Source: Calcarisporiella thermophila CBS 279.70
Lineage: Eukaryota > Fungi > Calcarisporiellomycota
Direction of reading: 5' to 3'
DNA length: 64,000 nt
Assembly (NCBI RefSeq): GCF_041956535.1
Contig: NW_027192192.1
Location: 933,796 to 997,795 of the forward strand
The notes below the pieces were generated by a model, which did not search any database, had not been told where the DNA came from, and saw only the letters and a list, made by a program, of their open reading frames with translations. A program made the translations under genes and the position numbers. Positions 1-11,669 of the stretch are shown here, in pieces. Every line of letters begins with the position of its first letter. Positions within the stretch are counted from its first letter, which is position 1.

Positions 1-39
1 AAATGGATTTAATTAATTAACAAGCCATTACAATACAAT

Positions 40-1464
40 CTACTCCAATATTTTTACAATATCAGAACTAATAGCTGCCACTCTCTTTGAATGGGGGAAG
101 GCGTTACGCTTCTCACTTAGAAGTCTCTGAACATCTAGCACTGCAGCTAGATCGGAAAGGAAATTATCGGGCGAGAGAAATAGGAAATTGGCAAGTGAGC
201 ATATCAGGCGATATAAAGTCTCTTCCTCCAGTTCAACTTCAATGCCACGCACAATTACGCTGACACACTCCACTACCCAATCGCCCTCAAGCTCCTCCTC
301 CACTTTTTCCGTGCTTTTCTGGCCTTTGTGTCTTTTTCTACGCTCCCCGATCCAGGCTGCAAAATTGAAAGCGAGTGAAGCGGCAGTCAAGCGCACCTGA
401 GAGTCGGGCACATTTGTTAGAGTAGATATAAGAAGTGTAGTGATAGCACTGCGATAGCCAGGGGTGATGAGGAACTGAGTTGCAAGTGGTGGATGAGCAA
501 AAAGGTTGCAGGCAATCCGGAGTATCATGATATGAACTGGTTTGGGAATATCTTGGGTTTCGTTTACAAGTTTAAAGATACGTAGAAGCGGATCCACTGT
601 AGAGTTATATTAGAATTAATGAAAATAAACTGATGAAATAAATGGGCAATGAAAATACCATTGAGCAGATAGTATTCTCCAACCGGTGGATTTAATAAAA
701 GAAGCCTCTGAATGTCGTAGAGAGGAAAATGGTTGACTAGAGGCATGGAATTGCAAAGTAACACTATATGAAAGCTCGGTTATCTTTCTTTTCTAAATAC
801 TTACTATATATCAAATATGTTGACGCATTTACCAAATAAATTATTCCATGAATTTACGTTAAACTCCCCATCCTTTGGGTTGGATATATATATCTTAGTG
901 TATTGAAGCGTATTTTTATCAGCTTGGCTGAGCGATATGTTGTTCTCCGCAATAAGTGCGTTCAATTTGATAAATATAGCATCAGCATTTACGTTGGTGA
1001 ACAAGATGGGGGCATTTGAGATAGAATGGAGTTGAGGCAGATGCAATTTGGTATGAGAATGTGCTAGAGTATAAAGAATTAAAAAAAATGACGACGGAGG
1101 ATTACATTAACATGAACTCACGAGGATATGCGCTAAAGAGTGCCAGCTGGATCCCTGTAGCCAATTCACGCGGATCTGCCCCTGAAAATTGATGAACTTT
1201 TTCACCTCCATTTGCAAAGAACATAAAAGTCGGGGTCGCCCTAACTCCATATTGCACACCTGCATCATGCACCATTCCAACATCCACTTTTACGGCAGTA
1301 ATAGGATATTCCGCCTGCTCTACTAATCGATTAAATTCTGGCTCTATTGTACGGCAGGGCGGACAAGTCACTGATGTGAAAAAGACAGCAGCTGCACGGC
1401 TAGTCGACACTAGTGAAGTGAGCTCTACTGCAGAGTATGGATTGTGGATCTTGGGCATATTCAT
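40..1464 (-). CDS. Thioredoxin-domain + PUL-domain protein, 4 exons
   Basis: Exon 1 has a thioredoxin fold (FFTSVTCPPCR...YGVRATPTFMFF). Downstream ARM-like PUL motifs are FPLYDIQRLLL, LRIACNLF, RLTAASLAFN and EETLYRLICSL. GT-AG introns join ORFs 1102-1464, 804-1046, 564-764 and 40-597. Confidence 0.8.
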
Positions 1465-1680
1465 CTAGATCTACCACTAAAAAATAAACTAAAATCGCTC
1501 AAGAGAATTAGGGGGTTGAGAAAGCTTCATAAAAATTTCTAAAATGGGCTATTTTATTCTTTTTCGACTTCAGCCATTTGACTAATAGTTGTCTCCAGTT
1601 TCGAGAGTATTTCCATATAAAAAATTCTCTGCTTATGACTGGAAAAAATCCAATAGGAAAAATCCATAACAATTAAGAGA

Positions 1681-3471
1681 ATGTCAAAAAATGATTTAGA
1701 AAATTGGGCCGTTGATCGGCTGAGCATATTTCTCGGTCTTGACACCGAAACTCTGACAAGCCAGGTGATGCCTTACGTTATGCGAATTTCTGGACCGGAG
1801 CAGACCGTCGAGCACCTACAGGTATATATATATCATTGCATTGAATTATCGCTTCCAAAGCTATAACAATGCACTTTTATTTCTTATTAATAGGAATTGC
1901 TGGGGACAACCCCAGATGCTGCACTTTTTATTCAAGAATTTGTTGAGCGTCGATTTCCTCCTCAGAACATTTCCAAAAATACTACTCCAGCAACAACAGC
2001 TAGATCGCCTCTATTAAACGAGGGAGCTTTTACCAACAACTCTAAAATGTGGGATGTACGTAGAAAGTTTTTTTCAAAATGATTTGGCAATTGCATGATA
2101 ATCCAGTTTATAATTCATTGTAATGTATAGATCGACGCGCAAACACCAAAGGCTCCAGCATGGGCGAATGAAAAAAATGTATACCGAAAGAAAGAGCAAG
2201 AAGAAGTATATTTTGTAGGGTGAGGCCAATATAACAATAATGTTCACGTCGAAGCATGTTCAATATGTATATATTTTATTGATTTTATCAAGGGGGAAAA
2301 AGAGCAGACCTAAAGAAAAAGAATCTGTCAGTGAATCCTCTCCGGAACTCCCACATCCCGCACCCACAACGAATCTGCCCTCGATCAAGCCTGAAGAAGG
2401 CGTAAAAAAGAATAAGAAAACTGGAAAATCTAGCCTGGTCAATGCAGATTTAGAGAAAGCATTACGAGAACTTGACCTTGCAAGCGACAGCGGAGGTGGT
2501 GCGGGACGGAGGCGCAAAGCTTGTAATTGCATGGGTAAATTCATTCGATCTGCTCGTTCGTAGTTTCCTGGATTGACAACACTCAACATATAATTAGCAA
2601 CAAAACACCCACTCCTTACCGTTGCACCTAATTGTCTGTCTTGTGGGAAGATCATCTGCACACATGAAGGCCCCGGTCCTTGTACCTTCTGTGGAACCCC
2701 AATCCTTTCCCGGGAGCAACAGCTAAATCTGCTTGCAGAGTTGAAACGCGAAAGACAGCTCGCTAAAATGGAACAACACAACCAGGCTCGAAAAAAGAAC
2801 CGCACAGGCCCAGCTGGTACTGTACCTTACGCTGCGAAAGTGAGTGGAGAAGGGTTGTTGGGGGGCTACAGTAGTAACAGTGGTGGAGAAGGCGATGACG
2901 AGGAGGCCGCAAGGCTGAATGCCGAGCTACACAAAGAGAAATTGTTAGAATATCAACGGACAAGTGCTCAGCGTAGCAAAATTATTGGTAAATGATTTTA
3001 ATTAGCAATGTGATCTGAATAGTTTTGGTTGAACAATTCATCCTAAATGAACATCATGCCATAGACCAAGCTACCGAGTTCACCCTACCATCCGATACTC
3101 CAAATCGCTGGCTATCGCCACAAGAGAAAGCTCTAGAGCTCAAGAAGGCGCAGAAAAACCAGCTTAAGCTGAACGCGCCGCGTCGTCGAGTGATGACGTT
3201 GGATATGGCCAACCGACGGGTGACTATGCAGGAAGCACCCGTGGAATCTGATGAGGAAGAGGATGAAGAAATATATGAAGACGGTGGAAAAGATAAATTA
3301 GCTAGAGAAAACCAAACGAATAGAAATCCCCTCCTAAAGAAACCAGTAGAAAACCTGCGATTCATCTCTTCCGGAGCTCTCAATACAATCTCGCCGGTCC
3401 ATGCTCAGTCAGTCAGCAAGCCTCCAAGAGTGCAGGACGGAGAGGAAACCGAAGTCTACGGTTTGGCCTAA
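1681..3471 (+). CDS. RQT4: RQT4/TRIP4 (ASC-1)-like zf-C2HC5 protein, multi-exon
   Basis: The spliced product has the C2HC5 finger CNCMATKH-x7-CLSCGKIIC-x6-CTFCG, followed by KEKLLEYQRTSAQRSKIIDQATEF and WLSPQEKAL. The N-terminal exon is helical and PWI-like. Confidence 0.85.
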
Positions 3472-3807
3472 CTCAGCATCGAGTAATGCCTTTTTTATTT
3501 TCGTTATGAAACCAAATTGTTCAGTTATTACGTTGTAACCAGTCAAGATCTTTGCGGTCTTAGCGCTAATGCCCTCCACGTGGCAACTCTGGACCAATCA
3601 GGTGGCATTGCCTTTATTTTGGGTTTATTGTCATTTAATAAACACTTTGGATTTGTGCTCGATTTATTTTTCACCGGGAATTCTTTTCTCATTGAATCAT
3701 TTTCTCTCATTCAAATCAACCGATCAATCGAGTGAATTAATAATTTCATTGTCTAGATTCATTTTCTGCACCATTTCATTTCGTTTCCATTTGCATTTTC
3801 ACCTCAG

Positions 3808-3890
3808 GTAAAATAGCGATTGACTCTACCCTACCTCAACAAACTTTATTTATAATACTTTTTGGAAATCCTATCCCTCGTGTTTTGCAG
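3808..3890 (+). other. Probable 5'-UTR intron of the G-alpha gene
   Basis: CAG|GTAAAA donor and TTTTGCAG acceptor, ending 17 nt before the ATG at 3908. Confidence 0.5.
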
Positions 3891-3907
3891 ATATATTTTC
3901 GATTACC

Positions 3908-5406
3908 ATGGGTTGCTGTATGAGTACTGATGATGTGGACGGGCGCAGAAAGAATGAAGAGATCGACAACCAGTTGAAGAGGGACCGGCAAAACTTGAGA
4001 AACGAAGTAAAGCTCTTGCTGCTAGGTGCGTTGTCCATTGCGTTGTTTATATTTATTCCGCCTTATTCATGCCTTCGGAATACTAGGTGCCGGTGAATCA
4101 GGAAAGTCGACTATTTTGAAGCAGATGAAGCTAATCCACGACGGTGGATACACAACTGATGAGCGCGAGTCCTTCAAGGAGATCATATTTTCCAACACTG
4201 TGCAGGTAATTTATTTCCCAAAGGGAATTCCATCGCCTAGGCGCTTGTGAGCTCATCCTGATTGAATGGATCTAGTCAATGCGGGTTATCCTTGATGCGA
4301 TGGAGCAAATGGGCATTGAGTTTTCCAATCCTGCTAGCCAGTACCATGCCAACTCGATTCTTCAACTCCCACCTCAAATTGAAAACGACTATCTTCCTGC
4401 CAAGATCGGCGTAGCAATCAGCGAGCTCTGGCAAGACTCTGGGGTGCGCACCTGCTTTAATCGCAGTCGTGAATATCAACTTAATGACTCCGCAGCCTAT
4501 TATTTCGATTCCATTGAGCGTATTTCTCATCCTAACTACATCCCAACCGATCAAGATGTATTGAGATCGCGTGTGAAGACCACGGGTATCACAGAGACTA
4601 CCTTCCGGATTGGGGAATTAACCTACCGCATGTTCGATGTGGGTGGACAGCGTTCCGAGCGTAAAAAGTGGATTCACTGTTTTGAGAATGTTACTGCTAT
4701 TATCTTCCTTGTTGCCATTTCAGAGTATGATCAGGTTAGATATCCTGCTCCTAGAAAAGTTTGCATCGGCCCCTGGCTTACTCCCCCTCCCCCCACCCCT
4801 GGGAATACTCTTTATTTTTTTTAAAAAAAAGGTACTTCGCGAGGACGAGTCTGTGAACCGTATACAAGAAGCTTTGGCCCTATTTGACTCCATCTGTAAC
4901 TCAAGGTGAGAAACGAATGTCGTTACTCCATCTTTATTCTTAGATGATGGATGACTAATCCCTTTTTAATATATTACATAGATGGTTTGTGAACACGAGC
5001 ATTATTCTCTTCTTGAACAAGATCGACTTATTTAGGTCGAAGCTTTCGGTTAGCCCACTCAAGAACTATTTCCCTGATTATGAAGGTAATCCTGACAAAT
5101 TTAGGCCATGCGATGAAAGCGACCCTGACTTTTTGATAGGAGGAGATAACTATGAGTTTGCCTGTGAGTACATGCGAGAGCGCTTTATCACACTTAACCA
5201 GTCTGAGCAGAAGCAGGTGTACACCCACTTCACCTGCGCTACCGACACGCGGCAAGTTCAGTTTGTATTCACCGCAGTATCTGACATTATCATACAAACC
5301 AATCTCAGATCGTAAGTAGATTCAAATCGATGTCATTTTCCTCGAGCAAAACCAATTTACAATTGGATTTCTTTTTTTTTATATTTCTAGCTGTGGCCTA
5401 ATCTAA
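3908..5406 (+). CDS. Heterotrimeric G-protein alpha subunit, group I (Gi-like), 7 exons
   Basis: MGCCMS lipidation N-terminus plus [30 protein letters not shown] and TCAT motifs. The last mini-exon (5391-5406) gives a C-terminal CGLI. Confidence 0.97.
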
Positions 5407-7412
5407 GTTATTTGGGGAAGGGAAGATGTGGTTTTGTATCCTCAGAATCCTATATGGGGACAATTTGAGGGAAAAGCTAAAAAATACTCCCAATATAAGA
5501 TTCTAAGATATTCTACTTTTATGTCTATTTGATATTTTATGATTCAACCATATTTTTATTTTTGTGATCCTTTCCGCTTAAAATTTTTATCCCATCCATG
5601 ACTTCATTTTTTTTAACTATTTAGATATCCAATAATCCACCCCGGCCTTTTTATTCATTACTGTTCACCTACTATTCTAATAGAATTTCTTTAATATTAA
5701 GAACATTGACAGGCACACGAGGTGGTAGTAGGGCGAAGGGGGAAAGTGGGCTTAGAGAATCTCTGGCGAGGATCATAACATCCTTGTGAGGGGAGGGTCG
5801 AATTTGCCTAAACTTCAATGCATTTGATGCGGAGTGGCGGAGCCACCTGATCAGAAATGGTATATTGGATGACTAAAATGCTCTCAGAAGCCCAGCTCTG
5901 GCCCTTCAGAGTTCAAGGAGAAAAGATTCCTCGTCTAAATTACCTTAACCCAGAACTCTCGGCTGAAATTCTCCTTGGAGGTTTCACAGGTTCATATGGT
6001 GAATAGGTTGGAGCGCAAAGAGACGGTTGAGATTCAGCCAAGCTAGGTTTCGTGCTGAAAATCGGTCCAACATTCCCCATACTCTATGGGAAAAAACTTT
6101 GTACCGCCACACCATCACGTCGACAGTGGTCGGGGTCGGCCGATGAAAGCCGGTGAGGGAGTCCGTCCTTACAGAGCCCAATATGATGCATTGCAAAACA
6201 ACGTTACCAATGGGTGGACTACCGTAGCGCAAAGCCGAACGAAACCTATGCAGCCGACTCCGCAAGTCCGAATGGCCGCATTGCATCGAAAGGTGGCCGT
6301 GTCTCCTAACAACGAGGTATCGCTCCCCCTCCAGCCACCAGGAGCAAACACGAGCCGATGGTCGCGGAAGGCAGAGCTTCCAGAGAAACGCCTCTCTGAG
6401 CCCTTGTCTAGCTTGCTCTCGGGCGGCGGCCGTCTAGTTCGCGATTATGCACGGATATTTGGTTCACCCGCTCTCGCTTTAATAGATGCTGGCCGTGTGT
6501 TTTCTCTGCTTGCATTGCTAGGCGTAGTGGCCCGAAAACAAGAGCCAGGAAAAAAAACACGGGCTAATAATGCCCATAAGCATCGCGTTAGATCTCAGGT
6601 GACTCGAAACCGGTTTTGTCACTTTGTATTCGCTAGCCTGGTTGAGAGATCTTGCGTTGAGCATATCTATTCCAATGTATAGAATGCTTTTTTAACTTGT
6701 CAACTCTAACGGCCCCTTAGGGGGATGCCGAAACTAGGAAAGCACATCGGCCGGCATTGTCACGCGCCTTCACCGATCGGATGGCTACCGGTTTGCCTAT
6801 CCGGCGAAACAGATAACCTACAAACAAGTATAATCAAGCTGGCAAAAGCCCCCTCTGACGCAACAAACATGCACCAGCGACAGAAGGAAGGAAGGGGCAT
6901 ATTATTAATGGGGCTATTATAATCACTGTTACTCACTTCCCGCTTGTCGTCTCTTGCGAAGTCTAAAAATCTCACCGAGCATATTCGATAGCCACATTCT
7001 CAGCGTGCTTATGAAATAGCAAGAGCAGCAATAGAAGGTTGTGATTCATCCTTTTGCCGATACCGGCGGGTTGCGTGTAAACAACCCTAATATACAGCGC
7101 TCTATAGAGTTATTAATTGCGTGAGTTCAACACACTATCTGTTTTACCGAATACTCTTGCACAACCAGAATAAAAATCTCCTCCCGTCACCACGGTTTCT
7201 TTATTCAGAGCGGGGCGCAGTCCGAAATATATAAAAAACGAAGAATAGATTAAATAGAAACGTGGCCGCTTTTGCGTTTGAAAGTAACTTTTTCCGTCGC
7301 TTTGCTGTGTCCGCACTCCTCCACATCCGCGCCAATTCACACTGGGGGCGGATAAACGCATTCCCATTAATTCCTTCAAAATTCCCCTCCTACACCTTCT
7401 CCTGAAGCAATA

Positions 7413-8788
7413 ATGCCACTCTCGCCACCGCGGCCGCCAACCTCTCCGCGTCAGAAGTATGCAGCGCTGGCCTGCCTCCAATGCAAGCGTAAAAGGAGAA
7501 TTTGCAATGGTCAGCGACCATGCAGTCACTGCGACCCACAACTAAATGAATGTATATATCCCCCCTACCCTGATATTTCCCATTCACAGCATTCTACTTC
7601 TCGCAGACTTTCAAGCGGTAGCGCATGCGAAACGTGAGGCTCAGCTATCCACGGAGATGAATTAGAATTAGGAATGTGATTAACTGATGATAATAAATAC
7701 TTAGATGTCGTCGCCGAAAAACAAAATGCGATGGCGGAAGTCCTTGCGGATTTTGTGCTATGAATGGCCACACTTGTGTTAATAATTCAGACCGCCTAAG
7801 GAGACGGGCCCTTGGTCAGGGTTCCTTGGACACCGATGCCCTCGAACACCGTCTGCTGAGGCTCGAAAAACTCGTCTCCCACTTAGTGCAGCCCGTGGTG
7901 CTTCGCGCGCTAGAGGGCTACTGCACCAAACCTGGGCTGGAGAGCCACGAACGCCAGGAGGCAATTAACGCGATGATGAGCTTGGATGCATCGGCGCTGA
8001 TGCTTCGTAGTAAAGTGGAAAAACCCCCTCTCTCATCACGCCCCTTAGCCACCAACACAACGGCTGCTTCCTCATCTTCTCAGAAGGCTCCACAGCTGCC
8101 CGAGAATGGGGTTCATCACGAAAATGGTCCAACCTCATCCCATGAACCCTATGTCACCTCATCGGGAACGGAAACCCAGCCGGCTGCCTACCCGTCCCCT
8201 CCTCTTCCGCAAACATATGCAGTGAACCACGTAACACCTGTATCCCATCCCCCCCCAAACCAATCACCTCAGAATACATCTGCCCATTGGATGCACCCTA
8301 AACCCAAATACCAGCCTAATACTGACGCATACAAAAGTGAGCCCTCTTTTTCGCCTACGCAAGGTTCATCCGCTTTATCTCACAACACTGCGTCCGCTTC
8401 CATAACACGCACTGTGGCACAAGCCTCTCTTCCTTCTTCGCAGGCCTACGCTAGTGCCAACGCTATCTCTGCACCCTCTGCACCCTCTGCTCCGTCGCTT
8501 AATCAAACATACCACTTCCCACAACGTGACGATGTACCTAAGAGAACCGGAGCAGTCATATCATCGGAACCAGCTACACTCACAGTCGACATGAGCCGAG
8601 TTCCGTTGACCCACAAACTACGTGAGGTTTGGGATGAGACGGATCAGCTCTCACGCACCACCTTCCTCATCCCTTCAACCTCTGCCCCGAATTCGCTCCC
8701 GAATTTTCCAAGATCCCACCCGACATCTATATCAATGCAAATGCCTAGCGTAAGAGAGTCAAAGATGTCCATCACCATGGCAAAATAG
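7413..8788 (+). CDS. Transcription factor with two tandem Zn(II)2Cys6 clusters (434 aa; intron 7634-7704)
   Basis: Cluster 1 is ACLQCKRKRRICNGQRPCSHC-x6-C. Splicing creates cluster 2, ACETCRRRKTKCDGGSPCGFCAMNGHTC. These are followed by a coiled-coil (LEHRLLRLEKLV) and an S/P-rich tail. The spliced length of 1305 nt is in frame. Confidence 0.88.
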
Positions 8789-9384
8789 CATCTGTGTTTT
8801 TGGCACTTGGTTATTATTTCTTTGCTTTATGTGTATTATATTGTTGATGTTACCCCTCTTCCACAATAATTACCCTTTAGATATCCTTTTCTCCTGGTTG
8901 TTACGCGCCTACACCCCCCTCCCCCCTTTGAAACCTTATTTACGATATTCCACATCAAGAAAGCACTGAGTTATTGTTTATTCCTTTTATTTTTTTTAAG
9001 AAAACGGACAATCCTCTATGTAACATGTTTATAAGGAAATAATAAATGAAAATAACAACCTTGTGTAGAAAACAAGCCAGACTTTTATCATCATCGATAG
9101 AATTGGATCAATTGGGTTGCAAAAATTGGCCAGAGATCTCTAGTTGCTTTGACTTTGGCAGAACACACTCATTCACACTGAGTTGAAATGGGTTTTCACA
9201 TTATTTTCTCATGATTACCACACGTTTGAAAAGGCATTTGTGCACCCTTCACACCCCTACATATAAAAAAATAGACAGCTTTTGTGCTTAGCTAATTGCA
9301 TTCACCTTTTATTAAGCAAAAAGAAAAAAAATAAATATATACTAGAACAAGTCTTGACTTTAACACTTCTAAAAACATTAGTTG

Positions 9385-9445
9385 GCATTATAAAGTAGAA
9401 AAAGAAGTAGAAGTAGAAGAAGAGGAGGAAGAAGAAGAATTCTAA
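9385..9445. repeat. Low-complexity AAGTAG/GAA simple repeat in 3' UTR region
   Basis: aagtagaaaaagaagtagaagtagaagaagaggaggaagaagaag. Confidence 0.5.
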
Positions 9446-9733
9446 AGTAGGAAGAAGAGGGGAAAAAAAATACAAACCTCTGTCCACTCCAGATTTTTTG
9501 AAGAATAAGAGGAATAGTATTGTACAAATACGAGGAGAAAAACACAACATTAAGAGGAAAAAAAAAATGCAAAGATAAGATGCAAAAAAAAAAACAAGAG
9601 TAAAGGAAATATATTATATATTTATATATAATATATATAAGTGTGTGTGTTAGATGCCAGATTATATAACATTATTTACTTGCTTAGGGTTGCAACTCTA
9701 GATGAACTATAAAATGGCTAATGTGGTAGTGGG

Positions 9734-11669
9734 TTAGCATTCCCATGCATCAGGAAAGAAGAGAGTTGTTTCAACGGGGTGAGCATTCTGCATCCCACGG
9801 CCATTCAAATTGATCCCCATGTCCACTCCGGGGAAGGAGTGCCGCCTCATTGGCTGCATGTCGAGGAAACGCGAGCGATAGGCGTCAAGCGCGATTCGGA
9901 GCAGCATGGGGTTATTCGCCAACTTGCTCTGATTCAACCAGGCGAGCTTCCATCCATATTCATTCAGGGCACGCTCCAGCTCAGGTGCCTCGCCATCGCC
10001 CTCGAGCGCTCGTGGATAGGCACAGTTTGCGAGCTTGAATTCCTCCGGAATATCGTTCAAATCCACAAGATCCAATGCCACCCGCACACGCATCCGGGTT
10101 GGCTCAGCGTCTTCCTCAAGCTGGGCCTCGAAGCACATGAATTTTTGAGGAATGGAAACAGAAAGCCGGTTGTCCATGTTAAGCCGGTGAAGCTCATCCG
10201 CTTCAGCCCCACTGATTTCCGCACTTTCCCCGCTACCGCTCTCCCCCTCTGCACCCCCCACGCTGAACTCTTCATTTTCAAACCCTACCGACCGCGATCC
10301 GTTCTCTTCTAGGTACTGCAGCCTCGCGTTCTTGTACACGACTCCGTCCTCGGACCGCGAATGACGCTTTCGAAGGGTCCCATTCTTCAGTTTCTCTTGT
10401 CTCACAACGCGGCGAGACCGCATTTCGGGACATCTGTTCCGGTAGCTGTCCACCGCACGCTGCAGCAGGCCTCGGCGCGCCCCAAGGACCTCGGGGTTCA
10501 AATGAGCCAGCTTCCACCCAAGCACATTACAGCTGCTCTCGTACTCCCAGCGATTGCCCGTATAGTGTTCGGGGGCGCAGTATGCACGGGGATATAGGCA
10601 GTTCTCCCGCCGGAATTCAGAGTCAATTTGGTCAACCCGTACGTGATCAATATCCGCTCTGATCCGATATCGGATATTCTGACCCTTGACCGAATACGTG
10701 AAGGAAATGTATTCGATGCCATCGAGGACTTCTGTCACGGGCATGGTGGCTATATCACAGAGCAATAAAGCACATAAATAGAGCCGTCGGGTATTTTTAC
10801 AACCAGGTTTCTCCAGGGTTATATTTACCAGGCAGCGCGTGGTTGGGCTTGGGCCCCGATGCGCGACGCAGGCGCCTTTTCTTCTCGGCAAGTGAAATGG
10901 AAAAAGAGTTGCTACTTGAAAGTATCGATGAGTCCGAGCAGGCGGAGGTGCGGCGCTTGTCTTTGGGTGGGCGCCCCACTCGTTTCTTCACAGGAGCATT
11001 GACAGCCGCCGCCAATGAGGCAGGTGTCACGTTAGAAAGCACACTATTCCCGTTGGTCGTTGCAGAGGGCGGAACAAAACTGTTGGCCCCGAAGGAAGTC
11101 GGGGGTATTCCATTGTACTCGAAAGGGAGATTCGACCACATTCCCTTGGTCGGCATGACGCCCGTGAGGAACTGATCTGTCGAAGGGGTTACAGGCTCCG
11201 AGGCGAAAAAATTTCCGGACAGTACTGTTGACTGTTGTTCCATGTTGTCAAAGACGTCGAAGCCGGAAAAAGGCGCGACAGATCGCGAGGTGATATCGAG
11301 CATGGTTCCTCCTAACAGGTCCTGGCTTTTGGATACAGCCAGGTTATTCGGCGGCTGGTTAAGTTGTTGTTGGTCGTCGGAGGAGTTGTCGGTGCTGGCC
11401 AATGAAGCCAGTATGTGCTCTGTTACCGCGTCATGCTCCTGTAAAAGCTCCGTCAGCGTAACACCGCCTTCGACGTGGGAAAGCGACGAGGGATAATTGG
11501 AGAAATCCTCGCTGGAAAGAAACTCATTAGAATCACCTGTAGAAAATTGGCAACCAGCGTCGCCACCGAGGTGATAGTGCTGCGAAGAATCGAGTGGAGT
11601 TTTATAATCCTCCTGTGGCTGCTGAGGAAAAAGCATGCGGTGATTTTCAAAAGACTCCAGTTTTTCCAT
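9734..11669 (-). CDS. Putative nuclear regulator: AT-hook + two copies of an uncharacterised fungal domain (618 aa; intron 10750-10828)
   Basis: AT-hook KKRVGRPPKDK and NLS-like KKRRLRR. The repeated domain reads N-C-x-YPRA...GWKLA-x-LN...(RAV/IAL)D-x-YR-x-R. The GTAAAT...ATAG intron joins ORFs 10797-11669 and 9734-10891 in frame. Confidence 0.78.
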
